Source: a virus (taxonomy: Duplodnaviria > Caudoviricetes). From it: 35,346 bases of DNA. Position numbers and translations under genes: made by a program. The DNA lies in the IMG/VR virus record IMGVR_UViG_3300006851_000005, positions 1 to 35,346 of that record, one strand, 5' to 3'. This document shows, in pieces, positions 25,575 to 34,205 of the stretch. The notes beneath the pieces are model-generated. The model saw only the letters and a list, made by a program, of their open reading frames with translations. It did no database searches and was not told the origin of the DNA. Within the stretch, counting starts at the first letter, position 1. Every line of letters begins with the position of its first letter.

Positions 25575-26788
25575 GCATATTCAAGCCAGCCAGCAAGGCG
25601 CAATCGTACCTGCGTCTGGCAATCTTCGGGCCGAGCGGGTCAGGCAAGACCATGACCAGCCTCCGCGTAGCCACCGGCATCGGCGGCCGTATCGCCGTGA
25701 TCGACACTGAGCACGGCAGCGCCAGCAAGTACGCGGACCGCTGGGGATTCGACACTGCCCCGCCAGAGGATGCCAGCCCCGAGGCCATGATCCGTATGGC
25801 TGACGCCGCCGCAGGCACGTACAATGTGCTGATCATTGATTCCCTGAGCCACGTCTGGCAGTACCTGACCGCAGAGAACGATAAGCTCGCGCACCGGAAG
25901 TACCGGGGCAACACCTGGAGCGCCTGGTCGGAAAGCAAACCGCGACTGCACGCCCTGCGGGATCGCCTGCTGGCCTTCCCCGGGCACGTAATCGTCACCA
26001 TGCGCAGCAGGACCGAGTGGGTCACAGAGGGCAGCAAACCCGTGAAGGTCGGCCTGGCCCCTGAGTACGAAAAGGGCGGCGAGTACGACTACGACATGCT
26101 GATGGAAATGAGCCTCGATAACGCGGGGATCATCACGAAAGACCGCTCCGGCAAGTTCCACAACAAGACCGTAGAGCGCCCGGGCGAAGCGTTCGGCGCA
26201 GAACTGCGCGACTGGCTGCGGGAGGGTGAGCCCCTGCCCCCGCCACCCCCACCGCCTGCCCCCGTGGTGCCGATGAGCACGCAGCGGCAGTGGACGGCGC
26301 TCGGTATCGCTATGCGCGCCCTGCAGTTCGGGGATGACGACGCCGGCAAGCAGCGCGCCCGGGGCTTCTTCAGTTGGCTGGCGGGCCTCGAGGCGCCCGT
26401 GAACAGCGTCAAGGACTTCACAGAGGCGCAGGCCAGCCAGGCCATGCAGCGCATCGGCGGCACTGGCAGCGACGGCCGGTACGCGACTGACGAGACGCTG
26501 CTGCAGGAGGCGCTGGCAGCGTGGCATGAGCACCTGGACTACGAGAGCAGCGTCGCGGCGCACGGCGCCCCACCACCGGCTGAGCCTACAGCCGCTGAGC
26601 CGGCCGCAGAGGCCCCTGCGCCGGAGGCAGTGGACACTGACCCCACCCCGGAGCCTGCAGAGGCTGCCAGCACTGAACAGGCCAGCCTGCTGCCGGAACT
26701 CGACCCGAACGCCAGACCATCCCGCACCCGCAAGGCCGCCATGCAGCCCATAGGTGAGGACGAAACAACCGACGAGGTGCCCGCATGA
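25571..26788 (+). CDS. AAA-family ATPase (AAA_24 / Sak4-like recombination protein) with C-terminal extension
   Basis: Walker A GPSGSGKT, VIDTEHGSA, LIIDSLSH and HVIVTMRS motifs. Confidence 0.85.
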   Translation: MSIFKPASKAQSYLRLAIFGPSGSGKTMTSLRVATGIGGRIAVIDTEHGSASKYADRWGFDTAPPEDASPEAMIRMADAAAGTYNVLIIDSLSHVWQYLTAENDKLAHRKYRGNTWSAWSESKPRLHALRDRLLAFPGHVIVTMRSRTEWVTEGSKPVKVGLAPEYEKGGEYDYDMLMEMSLDNAGIITKDRSGKFHNKTVERPGEAFGAELRDWLREGEPLPPPPPPPAPVVPMSTQRQWTALGIAMRALQFGDDDAGKQRARGFFSWLAGLEAPVNSVKDFTEAQASQAMQRIGGTGSDGRYATDETLLQEALAAWHEHLDYESSVAAHGAPPPAEPTAAEPAAEAPAPEAVDTDPTPEPAEAASTEQASLLPELDPNARPSRTRKAAMQPIGEDETTDEVPA

Positions 26789-27138
26789 GCCGGGCAGTAA
26801 AGGGGCGGGAACTACCCGCCCCGCCCTCCATCGTTTCTGACGACGTGCTCGAGCGCGTCCGCGGCCTGATGATCCGCACAGCGAATGAACCGCGCGCCGC
26901 GTACGTCAAGTGGGCCCGGGACGTGTTCGGCCCCCGCGCCAGCCAGACCGCCATAGCCATATTCCAGAGCGGCAGCAAGTGGGCTGTCTGCGAACCTGAG
27001 CACCTGCGCGTCCCGAGCCTGTGCGCCCGCCTGCTGCGCAGGTGGACGCCGGACGCTGGCGTGTGGGTGGACGTGAACGCGGCCATAGCGGGAACTACTA
27101 CGGATGCACCCCGGCTGAGCCCGGAGAAAGAGGACTGA
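26785..27138 (+). CDS. Hypothetical protein (117 aa)
   Basis: GAGG RBS, ATGA overlap. Confidence 0.55.
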   Translation: MSRAVKGRELPAPPSIVSDDVLERVRGLMIRTANEPRAAYVKWARDVFGPRASQTAIAIFQSGSKWAVCEPEHLRVPSLCARLLRRWTPDAGVWVDVNAAIAGTTTDAPRLSPEKED

Positions 27139-27141
27139 CTG

Positions 27142-27840
27142 ATGAGATTGATAGCGTTCGACCTCGAGACAACCGGCGCGGATCCAGCCGAGGCCCGTAT
27201 CGTCACGTACGCCCTGGTGAGCATGACCCCGGACGGCGTGGAAAGCATGATCACTGGCCTGGTAAACCCCGGGATCGACATACCCGAGGAAGCCACCGCT
27301 GTGCACGGCGTCACCACAGAGCAGGCGCAGGCCGGCATGCACCCCGTGCAGGCCCTGAATCAGATCATGACGGTGCTCGCATGGGGCGGCGGCGTCAGCC
27401 CCGTGTGCGCGTTCAACGCCCGGTATGACATGACGGTGCTCGCGCATGAGCTGCACCGGCACAACCTGCCCACAAACCTGCTGAGTGTCACGCCGGTAGT
27501 GGACCCCCTGATCCTGGACCGGCACTTCGACAAGTACCGCAAGGGGAAACGCACCCTGACCGCTACCAGTGAGCTGTACGGCTGCCCGGTCGGGGAGGGT
27601 GCGCACGACGCCAGCGCGGACGCTGTAGCCGCCGGCAGGATCTTCTACGCGCTGCGGGATAAGTACAACCTGATCCGGCAGGTGGACCTGCAGGCGCTGC
27701 ACGATACGCAGGTGATCTGGGCTGAGGAGCAGGCAGTCAGCCTCGAGCAGTACCTGCGGCGCACTAACCCGGACGCGCGCGTAGATCCGCGCTGGCCGGT
27801 AGCCCTGGACCCCGTGGAGGCCGCCGATGCCGCAGCGTGA
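27142..27840 (+). CDS. DEDDh 3'-5' exonuclease (DnaQ-like)
   Basis: FDLETTG, AFNARYD and AHDASAD motifs. Confidence 0.92.
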   Translation: MRLIAFDLETTGADPAEARIVTYALVSMTPDGVESMITGLVNPGIDIPEEATAVHGVTTEQAQAGMHPVQALNQIMTVLAWGGGVSPVCAFNARYDMTVLAHELHRHNLPTNLLSVTPVVDPLILDRHFDKYRKGKRTLTATSELYGCPVGEGAHDASADAVAAGRIFYALRDKYNLIRQVDLQALHDTQVIWAEEQAVSLEQYLRRTNPDARVDPRWPVALDPVEAADAAA

Positions 27841-27855
27841 CGACGGAGCGGGCTG

Positions 27856-28284
27856 GTGATGAGTGACGACGCCCCCACCCCCACAGACCGGCACCGGCTG
27901 GTATATCACCTGCTGGTAAACGAACACCCCGGGGGCCTCACCCGTGAGGATCTGGCCCGCAAGGCCGGCCTCGGGGACCGGCAGCTGCGCAGCATCATAG
28001 AGGACCTCCGCACGATAGCCGCCACAACCGTATACCCGCGTCTCGGCCGACCCGTGGTGCTCGGATTCGACCCTGAACTGACGCGGTACGCTGCAGCGCA
28101 GGACGGGGAGCAGGCGCTGCGCATCATGCGCTACCAGGCCAGCAGACTGCGGCCTATGGCCCGGGCGCTGGCACTGCAGCGGAAAGCCGCAGAGGCATAC
28201 CCCGCACCCGCAGACGCGGACGTGCAGGAGGCCCTGTTCGAAGCCGGGGAGGCGCTCGGCGCGTCCGATTGGCGCAACTGGTAA
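27856..28284 (+). CDS. Winged-HTH-like DNA-binding protein
   Basis: GLTREDLARKAGLGDRQLRSIIEDLR. Confidence 0.65.
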   Translation: MMSDDAPTPTDRHRLVYHLLVNEHPGGLTREDLARKAGLGDRQLRSIIEDLRTIAATTVYPRLGRPVVLGFDPELTRYAAAQDGEQALRIMRYQASRLRPMARALALQRKAAEAYPAPADADVQEALFEAGEALGASDWRNW

Positions 28285-28311
28285 AGCCTGGGTTATAGTC
28301 CGGGCATCGGC

Positions 28312-28381
28312 AATAAGAATCCCGGTGGGCGGTTACGGGCCACCCCCGGGATCGAACGCTCACCCGTCGAAAGGTAAGAAC
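28312..28381 (-). ncRNA. Putative ~70-nt antisense RNA opposite the replication-gene leader
   Basis: Minus-strand extended -10 TGgTATGCT (28388-28396); hairpin ATCCCGG-GGGTGG...CCGCCC-A-CCGGGAT followed by TCTTATT. The inner stem pairs better on the minus strand. Confidence 0.45.
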
Positions 28382-28383
28382 GC

Positions 28384-28437
28384 ATGAAGCATACCACCCA
28401 CACAACACGCTGCATAGTCAGGCGGGACGTACCGTAG
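28384..28437 (+). CDS. Putative 17-aa leader peptide coupled to the replication initiator
   Basis: GAAAGGT RBS; MKHTTHTTRCIVRRDVP; its TAG overlaps the initiator GTG (TAGTG). Confidence 0.5.
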   Translation: MKHTTHTTRCIVRRDVP

Positions 28438-29366
28438 TGGCACGGGGACGCATGATAGATCAGCGGTTCACACAGTCCGAGAAGCTGAACAGCGTCAGGC
28501 GTGACGCCCGGCTGCTGTACGCCAGCATGCTGCCGTTCCTGGACCGCGAAGGCCGCATGTGCGCGGAGCCGCTGGTGGTCAAGGTAACAGTCTTCCGACG
28601 CAGTGATTTCACGGTAGAGGAAATAACCTGCTACCTGACTGAACTGGCCGAGGTCGGCCTGATCCGGCTGTACGCGGACGCTGATAACGAGGCCGTGCTG
28701 GAATACGCCGGGTTCCTGGACTTCAACAGTCCGAATCAGCGGGAGCGTCAGAGTGAACACCCCGCGCCGGGCAGTGCAGAGGCAATGCCCCTCCGGGACG
28801 CGGCACTGCTGGCCCACTCACAGGGCACGTGCGAAGCATGTGCAATGCACGTGCAAGGTCAGTGCAATGGTCATGTGAACGGAACGGAACGTTTAACGGA
28901 ACGTTCAACGTTTAACGGAACTACAAACACGTCAGATCCGAACAGCCAGGCCGCACCGGCAGAGCTGGTGCCGCAAGCGGCACCGCACGCACCCGTCAAG
29001 CGTGAGAACAGAAAAGAACTACACGAGGCCCTGCTGACCGCCTGGAATGAACACCGGGGCCCCCTGCCTGCTGTTCAGGCCCTCACAGAGAAACGCCGCA
29101 ACGGGCTCCGCGCGTTCCTGAAGGAAGTTCCGGCCGGCACTGATCCCGTTGCGATATTCACCGCCGCCGTGACAGAGGTTGCGCGGGACCCCTTCTGGAT
29201 CGAACGGAAATACAACCTCGATAACCTGCTGCGCGCCGGCCGGGTGATTGAAAAGGCAGAGAAACACGCCGCCGGACCGGCAGCGAATCCCAACACGCAG
29301 CAAGCTGTAGAGCGGGCCACGAGCCTCGCGGAAAGGATCAAGGCCCGTCGTGAGCATCAACCCTGA
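28437..29366 (+). CDS. Replication initiator / replisome organiser
   Basis: MARGRMID..F...EKL..V..DARLLY....FLDREGR N-terminal domain; central linker carrying iterons; followed by a loader-like gene. Confidence 0.8.
   Translation: MARGRMIDQRFTQSEKLNSVRRDARLLYASMLPFLDREGRMCAEPLVVKVTVFRRSDFTVEEITCYLTELAEVGLIRLYADADNEAVLEYAGFLDFNSPNQRERQSEHPAPGSAEAMPLRDAALLAHSQGTCEACAMHVQGQCNGHVNGTERLTERSTFNGTTNTSDPNSQAAPAELVPQAAPHAPVKRENRKELHEALLTAWNEHRGPLPAVQALTEKRRNGLRAFLKEVPAGTDPVAIFTAAVTEVARDPFWIERKYNLDNLLRAGRVIEKAEKHAAGPAANPNTQQAVERATSLAERIKARREHQP
28826..28921. repeat. Iteron-like repeats, probable replication origin
   Basis: Four 11-bp units (CACGTGCGAAG, CATGTGCAATG, CACGTGCAAGG, TCAGTGCAATG), then GGAAC repeats and AACGTTTAACGGAAC x2 (28888, 28907). 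Confidence 0.7.
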
Positions 29367-29841
29367 AGTGTTAGCCGGTGAGCTGGAAATACTTGTAAAC
29401 CGATTCCACGGGCACCGCCTGCTGGACGTAACCCTCGACCGGTACGCTGAATACATCGAGGCGCACCTGACAGAAGCCGAATTCGTGCGCGCCTGCCGCG
29501 TCATATTCGACAATGACCGGTACTGGCCCGCGCCCGCCCGTTTCGTGGAAGCCGTGCACGGCAACGCCCGGGAACTGGCAACAGAAGCATGGGCTGACGT
29601 GCAGCTGGCAATCAAGGAAGGCAGCACAAACCTGGACTTCCTATCCCCTGCCGGCCGGCAGGCGCTGCGCGCTGCAGGCGGCTGGCAAGCGGTGTACGCC
29701 GCGCCGTCCGAGATTGCCCTGGACCGCGCGCGCCGCGCTTTCATAGACAGCTTCGAACTGACCGCGAAACGGGACGGCCCGAAAGCCCTCGAGGCGCCCG
29801 ACGTGCTGCAGCTGGAAACGGTGACGCATGACGGGCAATGA
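29350..29841 (+). CDS. Putative helicase loader/inhibitor-type protein
   Basis: RYWPAPARF, ATEAWADV, ALRAAGGW and RRAFIDSF motifs; follows the initiator. Confidence 0.6.
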   Translation: MSINPEVLAGELEILVNRFHGHRLLDVTLDRYAEYIEAHLTEAEFVRACRVIFDNDRYWPAPARFVEAVHGNARELATEAWADVQLAIKEGSTNLDFLSPAGRQALRAAGGWQAVYAAPSEIALDRARRAFIDSFELTAKRDGPKALEAPDVLQLETVTHDGQ

Positions 29842-30301
29842 TCTGTTCGCAGGCATGACGCAGGGTGAGATGCGCGAATGCGTCACGTGCGGAGATGTCT
29901 TCATGCCCCGCACCGGGAATCAGAAACACTGCACACCCGCCTGCACCGCCCGCAGCAAGGCCGCCCGGGAGGCCATACGCCGCGCTGGGATGATCCCCGC
30001 TGAACAGCTCCCACGCTGCCCGATCTGCGGGCGCGCCGTCACAGCCGGCGGGGGCGCTATAACCTGCAGTGAGCAATGCCGCCGCACCCGGACTGCAATC
30101 ATGAAACGCCGCGCAGCTGCCGGCGGGGAACAGGACAAGCGCCTGCAGGTAGCGCAACACGGCCACATGACAGATGCACAGTGGCTGATCGTGCTGACCC
30201 GGGTGGAGGCCCGCAGTGGTGAAAGGACCGCGAGCATGATGCTGGATGCCCTGAACGCCAGGCGCGCCCGTGAAGGCCGCGCTCCGCTGGTGCGGAAATG
30301 A
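29828..30301 (+). CDS. Double zinc-finger protein
   Basis: CVTC...CTPAC and CPIC...CSEQC. Confidence 0.65.
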   Translation: MTGNDLFAGMTQGEMRECVTCGDVFMPRTGNQKHCTPACTARSKAAREAIRRAGMIPAEQLPRCPICGRAVTAGGGAITCSEQCRRTRTAIMKRRAAAGGEQDKRLQVAQHGHMTDAQWLIVLTRVEARSGERTASMMLDALNARRAREGRAPLVRK

Positions 30302-31353
30302 CCGGGGATCAGCTGGTAGCGCCATTTCCGTACTTCGGCGGCAAGCGGAAAGCCGCGCCGATGATCTGGCCTCGCCTCGGTGACACGCCAAACTACATCG
30401 AGCCGTTCGCTGGCAGCCTCGCCGTGCTACTGGCCCGCCCGCACCCGCCGCGCACTGAGACTGTGAACGATCTAGACGGGCTGCTGGTGAATTTCTGGCG
30501 CGCCACAGCCGCCGAACCGGACGCAGTAGCCGCTGCAGCGGACTGGCCGGTAACGGAGCTGGACCTGACCGCCCGGCATGCCGCGCTGGTGCGCGCCCGC
30601 TCGGACCTGACAGCCCGCCTAGAGGCTGACCCGCACTATTACGACGCGACACTGGCCGGCTGGTGGGTCTGGGGCGCCTGCGCATGGCTCGGAAGCGGCT
30701 GGTGCAGCGGGGAGGGCCCGTGGTCAGTCGTGGACGGTGTGCTGGTGAAAGCAGATCGGGACGGCGTGAAACGCAAGCTCCCGCACCTCGGGGACGCCGG
30801 AACGGGAATCAACCGGCAGCTCCCGCACCTCGGTAACGACGGTAGGGGAATCAACCGGCAGCTCCCGCACCTAGGGGACGCCGGAAAAGGCGTAAACGGC
30901 CAGCACGCCGCAATCAGGGAATGGATGCACGCCCTATCAGACCGCCTACGACGCGTGCGCATCACCACCGGCGACTGGCAGCGGGTCCTCACGCCGTCCG
31001 TCACCACAAAACACGGCCTGACCGCGATCCTGCTGGACCCGCCCTACGATCACGAGGCCATTCAGGACGCCCGCATGTACGGGGGGGGGACGTACGACAA
31101 GAGCATCAGCGCCGCCGTCCGGCAATGGTGCATCCAGAACGGCGCGGACCCCCTCCTGCGCATAGCCCTGTGCGGCTACGGCACTGAACACGACGAACTG
31201 CTGGCGCACGGCTGGACCCGGGAAAGCTGGCGCGCCCGCAAGGGCTACCAGTCAGTGAGCAGTGACGGAACGCACACCGGGCACCTCGAGGCCATTTGGT
31301 ATAGTCCGAATTGCATCAACCCGGACGCACAACCGGGATTATTCGACAATTGA
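30298..31353 (+). CDS. DNA adenine methyltransferase (D12/Dam-like class)
   Basis: PYFGGK, YIEPFAGS, VNDLD and LLDPPY motifs. Confidence 0.92.
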   Translation: MTGDQLVAPFPYFGGKRKAAPMIWPRLGDTPNYIEPFAGSLAVLLARPHPPRTETVNDLDGLLVNFWRATAAEPDAVAAAADWPVTELDLTARHAALVRARSDLTARLEADPHYYDATLAGWWVWGACAWLGSGWCSGEGPWSVVDGVLVKADRDGVKRKLPHLGDAGTGINRQLPHLGNDGRGINRQLPHLGDAGKGVNGQHAAIREWMHALSDRLRRVRITTGDWQRVLTPSVTTKHGLTAILLDPPYDHEAIQDARMYGGGTYDKSISAAVRQWCIQNGADPLLRIALCGYGTEHDELLAHGWTRESWRARKGYQSVSSDGTHTGHLEAIWYSPNCINPDAQPGLFDN

Positions 31354-31369
31354 AAGGAAACCCACCCCG

Positions 31370-31513
31370 ATGAGCAATCAGAAGCGGATCGGCTTCACGC
31401 ATGAAAGCGCCCGGAACGAATCAGTGGACTGGTACACGCCCCCTGAGCTGTTCGACGCGCTCGGCCTGACATTCGACCTGGACCCCTGCAGCCCGGGCTC
31501 GGCACGGTCATGA
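31370..31513 (+). pseudogene. Truncated phage N6-adenine methyltransferase (N-terminal 47 aa)
   Basis: GAAAGG RBS; DWYTPPELFDALGLTFDLDPC, then a stop before any NPPY motif. Confidence 0.75.
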
Positions 31514-31519
31514 TCCCGC

Positions 31520-31846
31520 ATGAGTAAAGACCCCCGCAAGATCAGCGAGGCGGCCTTCCAGGCGCAGGTGCTGCACTACGCAGCCCTGCGCGGCTGGATG
31601 CGCGCGCACTTCCGACCGGCAATGAACGCCCGGGGACAATGGCGCACCGCCGTCGCAGGCGACGGCAAGGGCTTCCCGGACCTCGTGCTGGTACGGGACC
31701 GCGTGGTATTCGCTGAACTGAAAGCGGTAGGCGGCAAGCTCGAGGCAGCACAGCGCACATGGCAGACCGCCCTGCAGAACGCGGGCGCTGAGCATTACAT
31801 CTGGACCCCTGACGATTGGGACGAATTAACCGAGGTGCTGAAATGA
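31520..31846 (+). CDS. VRR-NUC (PD-(D/E)xK) nuclease, putative junction resolvase
   Basis: SEAAFQ...GFPDLVLV..VFAELK...AQRTW. Confidence 0.88.
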   Translation: MSKDPRKISEAAFQAQVLHYAALRGWMRAHFRPAMNARGQWRTAVAGDGKGFPDLVLVRDRVVFAELKAVGGKLEAAQRTWQTALQNAGAEHYIWTPDDWDELTEVLK

Positions 31847-31930
31847 GAAAACCCCTGACCCTACGCGTGCTCCTGACCGCCTACATCCGCAGCGGCTACC
31901 CCGGCTGCCTGGACATTGCAGCAGGCACCC

Positions 31931-32353
31931 GTGAGCAGTGAACTGGACCGCGCCCTCGTCAACATCGGCCTCGCCGGCGGCCCCGTAAAGCCCGCCCCGC
32001 ACCCTGACGGCGCACGTGAGGACCGCACGTATTGGGACGTGGCATTCCCCGCCGGACCTGAACGAATCCCCACCGTGGTAGAGCAGCCCATGACCTACCT
32101 CGTGAGCTGCCCCGGCACGCCCGCAGAGGACGCCCTGATCGCTGGCGCCCTCATGGCTGACGCCCGGGTGCGCGGCTGCGCTGTGGACGTGTACGAGTAC
32201 ATCAACCTGCAGGACCGTGAACCTTTCGAGGTCACGCTGACACCCCGCCCCGGCGCTCATGGCGTCAGGCACTCACAGGCGCATGGCCGGGATCATCACC
32301 TGCCCACAGCGGTAGCGAACGCATGGCTCGCCATGTTCGGCAGGGGCGCCTGA
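31931..32353 (+). CDS. Hypothetical protein
   Basis: Genome-typical codons; TGATG overlap with the next gene; start uncertain. Confidence 0.55.
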   Translation: MSSELDRALVNIGLAGGPVKPAPHPDGAREDRTYWDVAFPAGPERIPTVVEQPMTYLVSCPGTPAEDALIAGALMADARVRGCAVDVYEYINLQDREPFEVTLTPRPGAHGVRHSQAHGRDHHLPTAVANAWLAMFGRGA

Positions 32354-32670
32354 TGCCGACTGACGAGCAGCGGAAGCGGGAGCAGTTTGAGGAGTGGCAG
32401 GCAACACGGCCTTGGGCGGTAACCGAAAGTGCTTACGACCTTGCCTTCGCCGCTTGGCTGGCGCGTGATGCGGAAGTGAAGGCGCTCAAGGCCGACAACG
32501 AGAGGCTGCGGGAGGCACTAGTCCGCATCGAAAAACTACCTAGGTTCTACGACTGGTCTGAGAACGACGAAGCGAAAGTGACCGCCTTCCGCGCGACAGC
32601 GGCACTCCTCCGTATTCAGCGGCTCGCGGAAACCGCCCTGCACGACGAGGAAGGAATCGACGATGAGTGA
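32353..32670 (+). CDS. Hypothetical protein with coiled coil
   Basis: ATG 32353; REQFEEW...AFAAWLAR. Confidence 0.6.
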   Translation: MPTDEQRKREQFEEWQATRPWAVTESAYDLAFAAWLARDAEVKALKADNERLREALVRIEKLPRFYDWSENDEAKVTAFRATAALLRIQRLAETALHDEEGIDDE

Positions 32671-32941
32671 GAAGCACACGCCCGGCCCGTGGGTTTACGA
32701 CGAGCTCACCGATGAGATCGTTGGCGCGAATGACGACCGCCGGATACTCCAGGACATCTTCATGCATCCAGCCGACGCGCAGCTCGCTGCAACTGCCCCT
32801 GACCTGCTGGAAGCGCTCCGGGCTGCGCTGTTCTGGTTGGAGAAACCGGAAGAGGACAGGCTCGACGATGCGGCATTCCAGATGTTCTGCGATTGGGCGC
32901 GAGAGACTGTCGCCCGCGCTGAAGGTGGTGACGAGCAGTGA
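32663..32941 (+). CDS. Small phage protein of the KHTPGPW...APDLLEAL type
   Basis: Recognisable motif pair; GAGGAAGG RBS. Confidence 0.7.
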   Translation: MSEKHTPGPWVYDELTDEIVGANDDRRILQDIFMHPADAQLAATAPDLLEALRAALFWLEKPEEDRLDDAAFQMFCDWARETVARAEGGDEQ

Positions 32942-33267
32942 GTGCAGAGGAAAGCCGCGCCGCATTCGAAGCGCACGCCCGCGCGCAGGGGTACGGCGCG
33001 CACCTGAAACGGCACGACGTGGGTATTTACGAAAGCCAACTGATCGAGGGCATGTGGCGCGGCTGGACCGCCAGAGAGCCCGAGGTGCAGAACCTACGCT
33101 CCGACGTGCACATGCTCGCCGGCGCCTGCCGCGCAGCGCATGAGGCCGGTGCAGCCAGCGTGACTGTCACCACCCCGTACGGCGGGGACGTGATAGGCAG
33201 CCTGGGGAAATTCGCGGAAACATTCGGACCTGATGAGGAGGCCCCCGATGATTCGACCGACCGCTGA
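32938..33267 (+). CDS. Hypothetical protein (109 aa)
   Basis: GTGA overlap; SRAAFEA...MWRGW motif. Confidence 0.6.
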   Translation: MSAEESRAAFEAHARAQGYGAHLKRHDVGIYESQLIEGMWRGWTAREPEVQNLRSDVHMLAGACRAAHEAGAASVTVTTPYGGDVIGSLGKFAETFGPDEEAPDDSTDR

Positions 33268-33646
33268 GCACCTGGCCCGCAGGGCCTGCCGCGTTGACGC
33301 ACTGAAACGCACTCGGCGGCAGCAGCAGCTGGACGCGCAACAGCGGTTTACGCAAGCCGGACTGCGGCGCGCGTACCGGGAACTGTACTTCGGCGCGGTA
33401 GAGGACCAGCTCCGCGCAGCCGCGCAGGCAGGGGAAACCGAGGTAGAGCTGTGGATCCCCGTCAACCTGCAGGGCCTGTTCATAGAGCACCTGGGCACCC
33501 TGAACCTGCAGGACCGCGCAGAGAAAACCCACCTCGGCGTGCGGGACGTGGCGGTAGCAGACCCCCACGGGGTAGTGTCTTTCAGACAGGTGCACTACAC
33601 CGTCCGATGGGGCCCGCAGCCTATGGACGCGCACACGGTAGACTGA
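33248..33646 (+). CDS. Hypothetical protein
   Basis: GAGGAGG RBS before ATG 33248. Confidence 0.6.
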   Translation: MIRPTAEHLARRACRVDALKRTRRQQQLDAQQRFTQAGLRRAYRELYFGAVEDQLRAAAQAGETEVELWIPVNLQGLFIEHLGTLNLQDRAEKTHLGVRDVAVADPHGVVSFRQVHYTVRWGPQPMDAHTVD

Positions 33647-33665
33647 CTGCGGGAATCGCGCCAGC

Positions 33666-33703
33666 GCCCCGGCATCGCCTGATCACGAGCCGGGGCCTTC
33701 TCA
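33666..33703 (+). terminator. Putative intrinsic terminator
   Basis: GCCCCGGC...GCCGGGGC stem followed by CTTCTCA. Confidence 0.45.
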
Positions 33704-33729
33704 TACCTGCTGCTGGCGAAACTCAAGCT

Positions 33730-33741
33730 GTCGCGTACACT
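33730..33741 (+). promoter_or_regulatory. Putative late promoter GTCGCG-TACACT
   Basis: -10-like hexamer ending 17 nt before the terS ATG; motif shared with 18877. Confidence 0.45.
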
Positions 33742-33758
33742 GAGCCAGAGGGGACGCC

Positions 33759-34205
33759 ATGAGCACACGCACACGCGGCCGAGGCCGCAGAGACAATCAG
33801 AAGGCAGCCAGAGCCCTCGCTGAATGGGCACGACACGGGTTCAGCAGAGCCACAGAAGGACAAATTGCTGACACCTACAAAGTAGCGGCCAGGACGCTGT
33901 GGCGCTGGAAAGACGCGCTCGACACCGACGCCGAACTGTCAGCACTATTCCGGGACCGGCTGAACGATTACATAAACGGGCATTGGGCTGACGACCTGGA
34001 CGCCACAATCCGCGCCAGCATCACCCGCATGCTCGAGTTGATAGAAACCTGTGACGACCTGACGAAAGTTACAGAGGCGTTCACAGCCCTAAGCGAAGTG
34101 GCCCTGACGAGGGAGGTGCTGAGTGGCACTGCGAATGAGGACGCTTTCACGCCTGCAGGCGCTGCAGCGGAAGGTCGGAGCGGCAGCCCGCGTACGTTCA
34201 ACTGA
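33759..34205 (+). CDS. terS: Terminase small subunit
   Basis: HTH-like QIADTYKVAARTLWRWK, helical C-half, directly upstream of and overlapping terL. Confidence 0.7.
   Translation: MSTRTRGRGRRDNQKAARALAEWARHGFSRATEGQIADTYKVAARTLWRWKDALDTDAELSALFRDRLNDYINGHWADDLDATIRASITRMLELIETCDDLTKVTEAFTALSEVALTREVLSGTANEDAFTPAGAAAEGRSGSPRTFN

Noticed and set aside
31843-31941. 32-aa ORF MRKPLTLRVLLTAYIRSGYPGCLDIAAGTREQ
   Set aside because: It has an ATGA overlap and a GAGG upstream and may be real, but it is too short and featureless to support a call.
18845-33758. tRNA or other known structural RNA genes in the intergenic gaps
   Set aside because: No cloverleaf or T-loop (GTTCRA) context found by eye; the hairpins fit terminators or leaders better.
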